Below, piece by piece: positions 55,531 through 64,000 of a DNA stretch of 64,000 bases. Origin of the DNA: an uncultured Verrucomicrobiae bacterium (lineage in GTDB: Bacteria; Verrucomicrobiota; Verrucomicrobiia; Chthoniobacterales; UBA10450); assembly GCA_963834385.1 (NCBI GenBank), contig CAWIBO010000002.1, forward strand, positions 928,001 to 992,000, in the 5' to 3' direction. Position 1 is the stretch's first letter, and every line of letters begins with the position of its first letter. The position numbers were made by a program, and so were the translations under genes. The notes beneath the pieces are model-generated. The model saw only the letters and a list, made by a program, of their open reading frames with translations. It was not told where the DNA came from and did not search any database.

Positions 55531-57309
55531 TTAGGGCGAGGGCGCTGGCGAAGGAGCGCGCTGCGGCAATTCCGGCTCCGCCGAGGGACGCAGGACCAGC
55601 GCCAGCAGGTCGTTGGCCGGGCTGACCAGGACCGGGCCGCGGCCCAGTTGATTCAGGGTATCGGCGATCTCCTGGCCTTTCCCGGGGAAAGCTTTCAGGT
55701 TCAGCATGAGCGCGGAAAAACCGTAACCTTCCAGCGTCTCGATCGCGTCCGTCAGGCCGAGCTTCGTCAGGTCATTGGGCCAATCCTGGCTCGCTCGTCC
55801 CTTCACCGTGCCGAAGGAATAGCGGAGTTTGGTGGAGAAAAAGTAGGGGCGAAAATGCTCGTAACCGGAAAGACCGTCGAGATGGCGCTCGGGGAAATCG
55901 ATGACCGGGAGCTGGAAGACCATCGCCCCGGACGGCAGAGCCTCCTCGAGCTGGCGCGCAAAATCGCGGTCAGATGAGATCGTGCGCGCGATTTGAGCAA
56001 TCCGCTCATCGGGCATGACCGGCGGGGTCTGGTCGGCCCAGGCGACGAGCACCAGCCAGACCGCCAGGAGCATGCCCTGCAGCTGGCGTTCGGCAAAGAG
56101 CGGGGTGAGCCGGCGGCACAGAAACAGGAGCAGCAGCGCAAGGATGACAATGCTGTAACGGGTCGTCGCCCGAAAAAGCTGGAGGCCGGCCGCTCCGAGC
56201 AAACCATTCACGCCGCCGACCACGCTGTAGGCGAAAATCCATCCGATTTGCGCAGCCTCCAGGGGCACGCCCGCGGGCGAGCGCAGGGCGAGCCGCCGAA
56301 ACGTCACCCAGGCCAGCCAGACGAACGCCGCCACCCCGATGAATCCCAGATACGCGCCGGGCGGGATCTCTCCGACCACCAGGGTTTGCTTGAAGTACTC
56401 CAGACTGGCATCGCCGAAGAAGCGGTGGCCGGGATGAGGAACGAAAAGGTCGGTGAACTTGAGCGCGTAATATTCGATCCATTGGTAAAACCGAACCACC
56501 GCCCCCGGATTAAAGCCCTCGGCCAGCCAGGCCAGGAACGTGTTCAGGTTCATCAGCGCGGTCACGCCCAGGGCGGTGCCGCCCACGGCCAGGCCCGGCC
56601 AGGCCCGGCGCCAGTCGTGGCGAAGCCACTGCGCGGCCGCGCCCAGCCAGGCCAGCTGCACAAAAATATTCGTGTAATAAATGTTCTGGAGTCCGGTGAC
56701 GGCGGCCACGCCCAGCGCCATCCACCATGCGTGGGTGCGCGGCCTCAACCCGTCCCCCGTGCTGATCCAGCGGCAGACCAGCAGGCCAAGCGGAACGTGC
56801 CAGAAGAAAGCCACGTTGAGATGGTGCGCTTCCCGCGCCCAGGCGAAGCGGGCCCAGGCAAAGACCAGCGCGCCCAGGAGCGCCCAGGTGCGTTCAGCGC
56901 CCATCGCCCGCGCCGCCGCGTAGAAGGCCGCGCCCGCCAGGAGATGCGCCAGCATCGCAAAAAAGTTCAGCGCCGGAAAAATCCCAACGAAACGCGCGAG
57001 CAAACCCGGGAAGAGAAAGATGGCCTTCTCCGTCCAGGGAAAATCATCCCAGCGCGCACCGGCGGGCGCGCCCAGCTCCGGGATGGTGAGCCGGTGAAAA
57101 AAACCGATGTGTCCCGCTTCCGCGGCCCGGATCCCGGCCAGGAGCCAGAGCACATCCACCTGCGCGCCATCCTCATGGTAGGTGATCGGAACCTGCCAGT
57201 GTTCCCCTTTCCACCGGTTCATCTGCGTCAGCCAGACGCCGGCAATGACGAGGAGGAGGGCGAGCACGACTCCCCCTTCGATGAGGAAGAAGCGCCGCCG
57301 TTCCGACAT
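55531..57309 (-). CDS. Multi-TM membrane protein, probable GT-C-like glycosyl/sugar transferase
   Basis: About 12 TMs, LGAP...W.DFP, R...R motif, periplasmic C-domain VFQLP..FPE...Y..FRPY..S..LRYSFG..KGR. Confidence 0.65.
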   Translation of the reverse strand: MSERRRFFLIEGGVVLALLLVIAGVWLTQMNRWKGEHWQVPITYHEDGAQVDVLWLLAGIRAAEAGHIGFFHRLTIPELGAPAGARWDDFPWTEKAIFLFPGLLARFVGIFPALNFFAMLAHLLAGAAFYAAARAMGAERTWALLGALVFAWARFAWAREAHHLNVAFFWHVPLGLLVCRWISTGDGLRPRTHAWWMALGVAAVTGLQNIYYTNIFVQLAWLGAAAQWLRHDWRRAWPGLAVGGTALGVTALMNLNTFLAWLAEGFNPGAVVRFYQWIEYYALKFTDLFVPHPGHRFFGDASLEYFKQTLVVGEIPPGAYLGFIGVAAFVWLAWVTFRRLALRSPAGVPLEAAQIGWIFAYSVVGGVNGLLGAAGLQLFRATTRYSIVILALLLLFLCRRLTPLFAERQLQGMLLAVWLVLVAWADQTPPVMPDERIAQIARTISSDRDFARQLEEALPSGAMVFQLPVIDFPERHLDGLSGYEHFRPYFFSTKLRYSFGTVKGRASQDWPNDLTKLGLTDAIETLEGYGFSALMLNLKAFPGKGQEIADTLNQLGRGPVLVSPANDLLALVLRPSAEPELPQRAPSPAPSP

Positions 57310-57399
57310 GGTCCTACTCACCAGAAATCGCGACTTCTGGCCAGCGAAGAAAATGGGGTTCCGGGGACGCCTTGACGCGGGGTATACCCTCAACGGCAA

Positions 57400-57924
57400 A
57401 TGAGCAATTCCCTCCCGCCCCCGCCCGCCTCCCCGTCGTTCTCTCCCGCGCCGCCGCCGCGGGGCTGGTTCAGCCGCAACTGGAAATGGTTTCTCCCCGT
57501 CGGCTGCCTTGGTTTTGCCGGACTGATCGGCGCCGCCGTGCTCGCCATCATTATCTTCGTCTTCGGCATGATCAAACAATCCGACGTCTACCAGAACTCC
57601 GTCGTGACGGCGCAGACGCACCCGGCGGTGGTCGAGGCGCTCGGTTCGCCGGTGGAGGTCGGTTTCTTCGTCTCCGGCAAGACGGAGACAAACGACGCTT
57701 CCGGCCGAAGCGAGATCGCGATCCCGATTTCCGGGCCGAAAGGGAAGGGGAAGATTTACGCCGTGGGCGACAAGTCAGCCGGCCAGTGGGAAATGCGGGA
57801 GCTGGTGGTGGAGATCGAGAAGACAGGCGAGCGGATCGACCTGCTCGGCGAGGCCCAGGAACGTCTCGAAGAAAGCCCGGCCGAGCCGGAGCCGGACGAG
57901 GAACCGGCCGAGACGACGACCTGA
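57400..57924 (+). CDS. Cytochrome oxidase assembly factor Coa1-like protein
   Basis: WFSRNWKW..P.GC, single TM, SDVY, HPAV.EALG.P, IPISGPKGKG motifs. Confidence 0.78.
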   Translation: MSNSLPPPPASPSFSPAPPPRGWFSRNWKWFLPVGCLGFAGLIGAAVLAIIIFVFGMIKQSDVYQNSVVTAQTHPAVVEALGSPVEVGFFVSGKTETNDASGRSEIAIPISGPKGKGKIYAVGDKSAGQWEMRELVVEIEKTGERIDLLGEAQERLEESPAEPEPDEEPAETTT

Positions 57925-57944
57925 AACCGGTAACCGGCCGTTCG

Positions 57945-59829
57945 CTACGGGATGGTGTAGAATTCGACCAAGGCCGAGACCGGTGGTGTCGTTCTTGCCG
58001 CGCAAGATGGCGGTATATTGGCCGGGACCGCGATCCACGATAATGGCCGCCTCCGCGGCATTGGCGGGCGCCAGTCCGGCCGCGGTCAGGGCGGCGGCCT
58101 GCCCGGCGTCATCCTGCCAGTTGTCATTCGCGGCGATGAAAACGCCGTTGCCATCGCGGAGTTCAAGGACGGGATCAGCCAGTGCGCCGCCCAGGCCGGT
58201 GGAAGGCCCGAGCCCGCGCACGACCACCGAGGCCGCTTCCGTGCCGCTGCCGAGGATAAAGCCGGCGATCATGACGTTGTCGCCCGTCTGCACAAGGGAA
58301 CGTCCGCTGATGTTGGCGAGACGCGCCTCCGCGCCCGGGGAGACGTCGTAACCCTCCACCAAACCTACACCGGTGCCGTCGCTGGTGCCGCGGACGATGG
58401 CGGTGTAACTGCCGGGCGTCAGCGTGGCCGCAAGGGCGGACTCGAGATCGTGGTCCGGCTCGAGCGCCAGCGTCTGGATCTCGGCCGCGTCCGGTGAAGT
58501 CATCCAGTTGTCGTTGCTTTGCAGGAGGGTGCCATTGGCATCACGCAGTTCGAGGAAAGGATCAGCCAGCGGGCCGGTGACGAACCCGTCGAGGGACGGG
58601 CCGATGCCGCGGGCCACGATGCGCTTGTAGGCGTCACCCGCGACGATGAAACCGCCGATAAGAACGTTGTCCCCCGTGCCGATGTGCGCGCGGACGGAAA
58701 TGTTCAGGGCTGCCGCCGGTTGCGGACTGTAGCGGACCCGCATCAGATTGTTATTCCCGCGGGAAAGATAATAGAGACTGCCCACCTGGCCGACATGGAG
58801 GTCAACCGGACCGTTCGCGCTGGTGGCAAAAAGCGTCGCCGTGTTCGTGGCCGGATCGAGCAGGCGGATCCAGTCGTTCACGAAATCGGCGAAGAAATAC
58901 TTGCCGAGGTAACTGTCGGGAAATTGCGGGGTGACCGGATTATAAAAGGCGCCTCCGGTAATGGCACGGCCGGCGGTGGTGCCGTTGCCGTGACCATAGG
59001 AGAAGAGGGGATAACGATAATCCGGGTTGGGCGCGCCGCTCGGCGGGCCTTCCTCGTCGGGCCAGCCGTAATTCGACCCGGCAATGCCATCGTTGATCTC
59101 CTCGAAGGAGGATGCGCCCACGTCGTTGATGAACATGCGGCCGGTGGTTTGCTGGAAGGTAAAAGTATAGGGGTTGCGCAAACCGAGCGCCCAGATGGCG
59201 CGATTGGCTCCGGTGGCGGTGTTGTAGAAGGGATTGTCCGTCGGGATGGTGCCGTCGGCATTCAGGCGCAGCATCTTGCCGTGGCGGTTGGCCAGGGTTT
59301 GGGAATTGGTCGAGGCGGCGTTGTCGCCCACGGCAATGTAGAGCTTCCCGTCATGCCCAAAATGAATGGCGCCGCCATTGTGGTTGGTCGCGCCGCTCAG
59401 GTTGTCCAGGTCGACGATTACGGTCTCGCTCCCGGCCGCCGCGACATCGCCGTTGGCGGTGAAACGGCTGACACGGTTGTGCACCGGCAGCGTGCTGGTG
59501 GTGTAATAGAGGTAAACGTATTTGTTCGTCGCGAAATTCGGATCAAAGGCCACCCCGAGCAGACCGCGTTCGCCGGTGGAATTGACCGTGAGCGAGACGA
59601 ACGGAGTCGCGAGGAGCACGTCGTTCTTGATCACGCGCAGCGTCCCCGCCTGTTCGCAGACAAAGATGCGGCCGTCGGGCGCGATGGCCATGGCCGTGGC
59701 GGCGCTCAGGTTGGTGGCCAGGGCCGTCTCGCTGAAACCGGCGGGCAACGTGGCCGCCGAGAGCCCAGCCAGCCCGAAACCGCTCGCAAGCAGCGTTAAA
59801 AACAGATGCTTCAATCCTGCCCCGCCCAT
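57945..59829 (-). CDS. Secreted PQQ-dependent sugar dehydrogenase (GSDH family) with two NISTR-type domains (apparent +1 frameshift at about 57971)
   Basis: GERGLLG..FDP, NHNGG..FG.DGKLY..GD, GK.LR.N.DG.IP.DNPF, GLRNP, NYGWP; the corrected C-terminus reads GLVEFYTIP*. Confidence 0.88.
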
Positions 59830-59973
59830 TAATCCCTTGGTTCTGCACATAGTTTTAGCTGCCACCGACCGCCCATTTTCCCGGGGGTAATGGCTGGCCC
59901 TAAAAAAAGCACAAAACGCAAAGGGCGCCATGCGCCATTTCATCGTTGTCTGGTGAGGACGCTGTTTGCCGAA

Positions 59974-59997
59974 TCCGCTGAGGACAGCGGACGCTAC
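59974..59997. repeat. GTAG-type REP hairpin
   Basis: TCCGCTG-AGGA-CAGCGGA followed by CGCTAC (GTAG on the minus strand). Confidence 0.7.
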
Positions 59998-60157
59998 CGC
60001 GCGCCAAGCAGATCAGCGCCCATCCGCGAGTCACGCTCTAACGTGCGCGCCGTCCCGGCGCATCCGCTCTGCTCTGCTCTGCTCCTGCTCCTGCTCCAGA
60101 TCCGCTGGCGCGACGCACCGCCGACCTTCCTTAGCCCCGCCCATCCGCCAATCGTCG

Positions 60158-60913
60158 CTAGATATTCCCCGCGAGGAGGATCGGCCCTTCTTTCTTCGGC
60201 ACGCCGCCTTCGCGCTCAAGGCTGATGGCAAACGCTTTCACCTGGTTGGCAGCCTGGACCGGCTGGAACCGGACCTGCGCCACTCCGTTCGCGTCGACCC
60301 TGACCACCCCCGCGCTGATCGGCTCGGGATGCGCGGCGTCAACCGCCCAAAGCTGGTAATCACGGCCCGCGGCCGCCGGCGGGAGATTGCTGATCTTGAT
60401 CGTGCCGGCCTGGCGCGAAGGCTCCCAGGCGACCACTGCCTGGGCCCCGGCCGGCCCATCGGGCACCGGCCCAAGCGCCACCAGCACCTGGGGCGATTCC
60501 ACCACCACCGGCGTGGCGGCCGGCTGGGGCGGTTTCTCCGCGAGGCGTTTTTCCATCTGGGCGCGGTCCTGCCAGAGAAGCCCGCAGAAAATGGCGAGCC
60601 CTGCCGCAATGGCCCAGGGCAGCCAGATGGCCGCGGCGCCCCGACCGGCTCCACGCTCCTCGAACGGCACCACTTTACCGGTGGCGCCCTCGGTCTGCGC
60701 GATCTCCGCCATGACGCGGGCTTTCACCCCGCCACCCGGCGCGACGGCAGGCGCGGTCAGGGCAAGTCCGGCGGCGGCCTCCCGCAAATCGCGCACCAGC
60801 GTGGCCAACTCCGGACTGCCGGCCAGTTCACGCTCAAAGGCAACCCGCTCGGCGCCCGTGAGAGCATCGAGCGCGTAGAGCGCGGCCTGGTCCTGTTGTT
60901 CGTCCGTGATCAT
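60158..60913 (-). CDS. Anti-sigma factor, RskA-like
   Basis: AALYALDAL...E...FE, TM helix, YQLW, PISAGV, FAISLE.EGG.P motifs. Confidence 0.9.
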   Translation of the reverse strand: MITDEQQDQAALYALDALTGAERVAFERELAGSPELATLVRDLREAAAGLALTAPAVAPGGGVKARVMAEIAQTEGATGKVVPFEERGAGRGAAAIWLPWAIAAGLAIFCGLLWQDRAQMEKRLAEKPPQPAATPVVVESPQVLVALGPVPDGPAGAQAVVAWEPSRQAGTIKISNLPPAAAGRDYQLWAVDAAHPEPISAGVVRVDANGVAQVRFQPVQAANQVKAFAISLEREGGVPKKEGPILLAGNI

Positions 60914-61479
60914 GTCAGGCTGCCTCGCATTCTAAGCAGACCCCGCCGAATCCTGGCTTTAACCGTGCCAAGGGGTTCCCCGGATTGTTCCGCTATTTCG
61001 AGGTGAGTCATGTGTCCAAAAAATGCCAGCTCAATGGCCGCCCGCTGATCCGGCGGCAGCTTTTGCAGGGCCGCCCGGGCCCGGGCGGTTTCGTCGCTGG
61101 TCTCTGCGGTATCCGCCGCATCCGGCACCTCAGACGCAATCTCGGCCGCACCACTTTCCTCAAGCGGCGTGGTCGCGACCAGCCGGGTGCGCCGTCCCCG
61201 GGCGCGCAAACGATCGATCACGCGGGACCGCGTCATCATCACGGCCCAGCTGAAGACGCTGCTCTGGGTGGCCTGGTAACTGGCCGCCCGCTTCCAGATC
61301 TGCACGGAAACCTCCTGCAACGCGTCCTCCGCCTCTGTCGGGTCGCCCATCATCTTCAGGATCATGGAATAGAGCGGCCGGTGCAGCCGGTCGTAAAGCG
61401 CGGAGAAAGCCTCCTGGTCGCCGCCGGCGACGCGCGCGATGAGAGACTTGTCCGCCTCCTGTTGGCTTGCGACATCCAT
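60910..61479 (-). CDS. ECF RNA polymerase sigma factor (SigK-like)
   Basis: GDQEAF..LYD, AED..QE, W....R..ID..R, LP..QR..I.LAFF...T..EIA...G.PLGTVKARIRRGL motifs. Confidence 0.93.
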   Translation of the reverse strand: MDVASQQEADKSLIARVAGGDQEAFSALYDRLHRPLYSMILKMMGDPTEAEDALQEVSVQIWKRAASYQATQSSVFSWAVMMTRSRVIDRLRARGRRTRLVATTPLEESGAAEIASEVPDAADTAETSDETARARAALQKLPPDQRAAIELAFFGHMTHLEIAEQSGEPLGTVKARIRRGLLRMRGSLT

Positions 61480-61555
61480 GCGACGAGTTCGCCTTAGTGC
61501 AGGGGTTCTCCTGCCGCAAGGCGAGAAAAATCAGACCCGGTCCATCGGAGCGCGC

Positions 61556-62047
61556 TTAACGCCCGCGGGGTTGAAACTTGAGCGCGACCCCATTGATGCA
61601 GTAACGCAACCCGGTGGGCTGCGGACCATCGTCGAAGACGTGCCCGAGGTGGGAACCGCAACGCGCGCACAGCACTTCGTTGCGCTGCATGCCCATGCTG
61701 CTGTCATCCGCCGTGCTCACATGGGCGGGGACGAGCGGCTCATAAAAACTCGGCCAGCCGGTGCCCGATTCGAATTTCGTTTCGCTGGCAAAAAGAGGCA
61801 GGGCACAGGCGGCGCAGACGAACACGCCCGGCCGTTTCTCACGCAGGAGCGGGCTGGTGAAGGGCATCTCGGTCCCTTTCTCCCGGAGCACGCGATACTC
61901 GGCCTTGCTCAGGGCAGCCTGCCATTCCGCTTCGCTCCGCGAAATCTTTTGCGCCACGGCAGGCTCCGCGCCGGCCGCCGCCGGGGTTTCCGCGGCTTCG
62001 AGGCCCGAGAGCGCCGCGAGGGCAAGAAGGAAAAGAAGCAGTTTCAT
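61556..62047 (-). CDS. msrB: Peptide-methionine (R)-S-oxide reductase with signal peptide
   Basis: LREKGTE.PF, CAAC..PLF.S.TKF.SGTGWPSF, CARC.SHLGHVF.DGP.PTGLRYCING motifs. Confidence 0.95.
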   Translation of the reverse strand: MKLLLFLLALAALSGLEAAETPAAAGAEPAVAQKISRSEAEWQAALSKAEYRVLREKGTEMPFTSPLLREKRPGVFVCAACALPLFASETKFESGTGWPSFYEPLVPAHVSTADDSSMGMQRNEVLCARCGSHLGHVFDDGPQPTGLRYCINGVALKFQPRGR

Positions 62048-62143
62048 GTCTCTATATGGACATTCGAAGGGGACCACGGTTCAGATGCCGTCGGAAAAAT
62101 TTTCGGAAGGAAAATCGAGCCTTCCTCAATCGCCGGGAAACCC

Positions 62144-62392
62144 TCAGGCCGGCTGCGGTTGCCGGCGGCGCCGGCCCCAGCGCTTGTTCGTCAGTTCCAG
62201 GCTGACGACATCCTTACCGTCGAACGGCACAAAGGGATGGCCCCGCACCGCGGCCACGATGGCGCAGGCATAAATCGCCACCTCGCGATAAACCCGACCG
62301 TTGCGCAGACGGACGGAGGCAATATGAAGATCATTGCCGCTGTCGGGCTGATCGAGCAGGAACTGGGTCAGGTTCGGCGGGAGCGTGTTCAT
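62144..62392 (-). CDS. Small hypothetical protein
   Basis: MNTLPPNLTQFLLDQPDSG...V.L.NGR...V......PF; fills the gap between msrB and kynA. Confidence 0.6.
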   Translation of the reverse strand: MNTLPPNLTQFLLDQPDSGNDLHIASVRLRNGRVYREVAIYACAIVAAVRGHPFVPFDGKDVVSLELTNKRWGRRRRQPQPA

Positions 62393-62467
62393 CACAAGGG
62401 GTAAAGGGAATTCGCATCCGGGGATCCGTTTGCGCGTCTGCCGCGGCGATTGACGCCAGGCGCGCCC

Positions 62468-63559
62468 ATGCGTGAGACTGCGCCCATGGAGTGTCCGATC
62501 ACGCACGGGCGAAAGCCGGAATATTACGGCGATTACCTCGCGATCGAGCAGCTTCTCTCGCTCCAGAAACCGCTCTCGCTGGAAAAGGGAAACCTGCTCG
62601 CGCACGACGAGATGCTCTTCATCATCATCCATCAGGCCTACGAACTCTGGTTCAAACAGATCCTGCATGAAGTCCGGGCCTGCGGGGAGGTCCTGAGCAA
62701 ACCGGCCGCGGATGACGACGGGCCGGACATGAACATGGTGGTGCACCGCTTCCGTCGCGTGGTCGAGATCTGGAAACTGCTCAACCACCAGGTCGACGTG
62801 CTCGAGACGATGACCCCGCTCGATTTCCTCGAGTTTCGCGAACATCTGCATGGTGCTTCCGGTTTCCAAAGCCGGCAGTTCCGCGAGATCGAGGCCGGGC
62901 TCGGCCTGAAAATGGAAAATCGGTTCCGGCCCGATTACTACAAGCACTCCGAGCTCGGCGGCTTCCAGGAGGAGGACCTCAAGGCGATCACCGAGGCGGA
63001 AACCTCGCCCTCAATCCTCCAGATGGTCGAGCGCTGGCTCGCGCGCGCGCCCTTCTTCGAGGAAACCTTCTGGAAGGAATGGGGAGAGGCGGGGGATCGG
63101 CCGGCTTTCTGGACGCGTTACCGCAGTCTTTTTGGGCAGAGCCTGTCCGAGCGGGATGAGAAAACGGAACTGCTGCGCCGGTTCGACGAGATCTTTTTCG
63201 AGCAGGGCTCGGGCGATTTTTCACCCGCCTCCTTGCGGACCGCGCTCTTCATCATGCTTTACCGCGACGAACCGCTCTTTCGGCTCCCGTTCCAGCTCCT
63301 GAACGCGCTGATCGAGATTGATGAACAGCTGGCCAACTTCCGCTACCGGCATCTCCAGATGGTGCGGCGCATGATCGGCGTCCGCGTCGGCACCGGCGGC
63401 TCGAGCGGCGAGCAGTATCTGCAGGGGGCGGTAAACAAGAACTACATTTTCAAGGAGTTGACCGGCGTGATCACCTTCCTCATCGAGCGTCATAATCTTC
63501 CGCAGCTGCCGGCGCGTCTTCGTCAGGTTTTGCGCTTTTCCAGCGCGACCCCGGCCTAG
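62468..63559 (+). CDS. kynA: Tryptophan 2,3-dioxygenase
   Basis: YGDYL..LL.LQ, HDEMLFIIIHQAYELWFKQ, LETMTPLDF..FR..L..ASGFQS.QFR, RMIG...GTGGSSG motifs. Confidence 0.95.
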   Translation: MRETAPMECPITHGRKPEYYGDYLAIEQLLSLQKPLSLEKGNLLAHDEMLFIIIHQAYELWFKQILHEVRACGEVLSKPAADDDGPDMNMVVHRFRRVVEIWKLLNHQVDVLETMTPLDFLEFREHLHGASGFQSRQFREIEAGLGLKMENRFRPDYYKHSELGGFQEEDLKAITEAETSPSILQMVERWLARAPFFEETFWKEWGEAGDRPAFWTRYRSLFGQSLSERDEKTELLRRFDEIFFEQGSGDFSPASLRTALFIMLYRDEPLFRLPFQLLNALIEIDEQLANFRYRHLQMVRRMIGVRVGTGGSSGEQYLQGAVNKNYIFKELTGVITFLIERHNLPQLPARLRQVLRFSSATPA

Positions 63560-63579
63560 CCGGACCCGGAGACCGTCCG

Positions 63580-64000
63580 GTGACGCGCACGCTCTGCCTG
63601 CTGCTGCTGGGGGCCGCGGTTCTCCTGGCGTTTTCCGCCCGCCTGGCCGGTCCCAGCGCCATGCACCGGTTTGATCAACCGCGCACGGTGGCTTACACCG
63701 CCGACATCGCGCGGCATGGCCGCTGGCTCCTTCCCCGCGACATGGAAGGGAACCCCTCAACCAAACCACCGCTGGTGAACTGGGCTGCGGCGCCGCTGCT
63801 TCGCCTCGGTTTCTGGCATGAACCCGCCGTCAAATTTCCCATGCTCCTGGCCAGCCTGGTCACGGTGGCGCTTTGCTTTTACGCCGGTCGCTTCTTCACC
63901 CGCGGCCTGCCCGGAGTCGACGCGCAAAATTCCGTCGTCCTCGGCGCCGTCACGGCCCTGGCCTGGATCGGGAACCCGGCCAATATCAACATGATCTACC
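63580..64000 (+). CDS. ArnT/GT39-like glycosyltransferase (3'-truncated by window edge)
   Basis: TM1 then DQPR, G.WLLP, KPPL.NW motifs; the frame is open to the window end. Confidence 0.7.
   Translation, partial: MTRTLCLLLLGAAVLLAFSARLAGPSAMHRFDQPRTVAYTADIARHGRWLLPRDMEGNPSTKPPLVNWAAAPLLRLGFWHEPAVKFPMLLASLVTVALCFYAGRFFTRGLPGVDAQNSVVLGAVTALAWIGNPANINMIY

Overview
GC-rich bacterial chromosomal window, most likely Verrucomicrobiota (Chthoniobacterales/Spartobacteria-like). That placement is an inference from tandem 'NISTR...GGF...GPS...LVExY' C-terminal domains, the porin style and the intergenic palindrome families. It holds about 55 genes and one tRNA-Leu(TAG). No integrase, transposase or CRISPR array is visible. 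The main feature is an unusual complex I locus: nuoH-J-K-L-M-M-N on the minus strand, divergent from nuoA-B-C-D...I on the plus strand. It has two NuoM subunits, a NuoL lateral helix lengthened by about 26 residues and no nuoEFG, i.e. a '2M'-type proton-pumping complex. A cysteine-rich DUF1326/DUF2182 pair follows nuoN, and a 12-bp inverted repeat sits at both ends of the nuoA-nuoI block. Other points: korAB; several families of nested palindromic elements at junctions inside the kor and nuo operons; a geranylgeranyl-reductase/GT-C/UbiA operon; a membrane-anchored P450 with a non-canonical I-helix coupled to a GT2-like gene; ArsR/ArsI with two operators; and an ECF sigma/anti-sigma/msrB unit. 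Four genes carry single-base (+1) frameshifts that look like sequencing errors. All family assignments come from motif recognition by eye, not from database searches.
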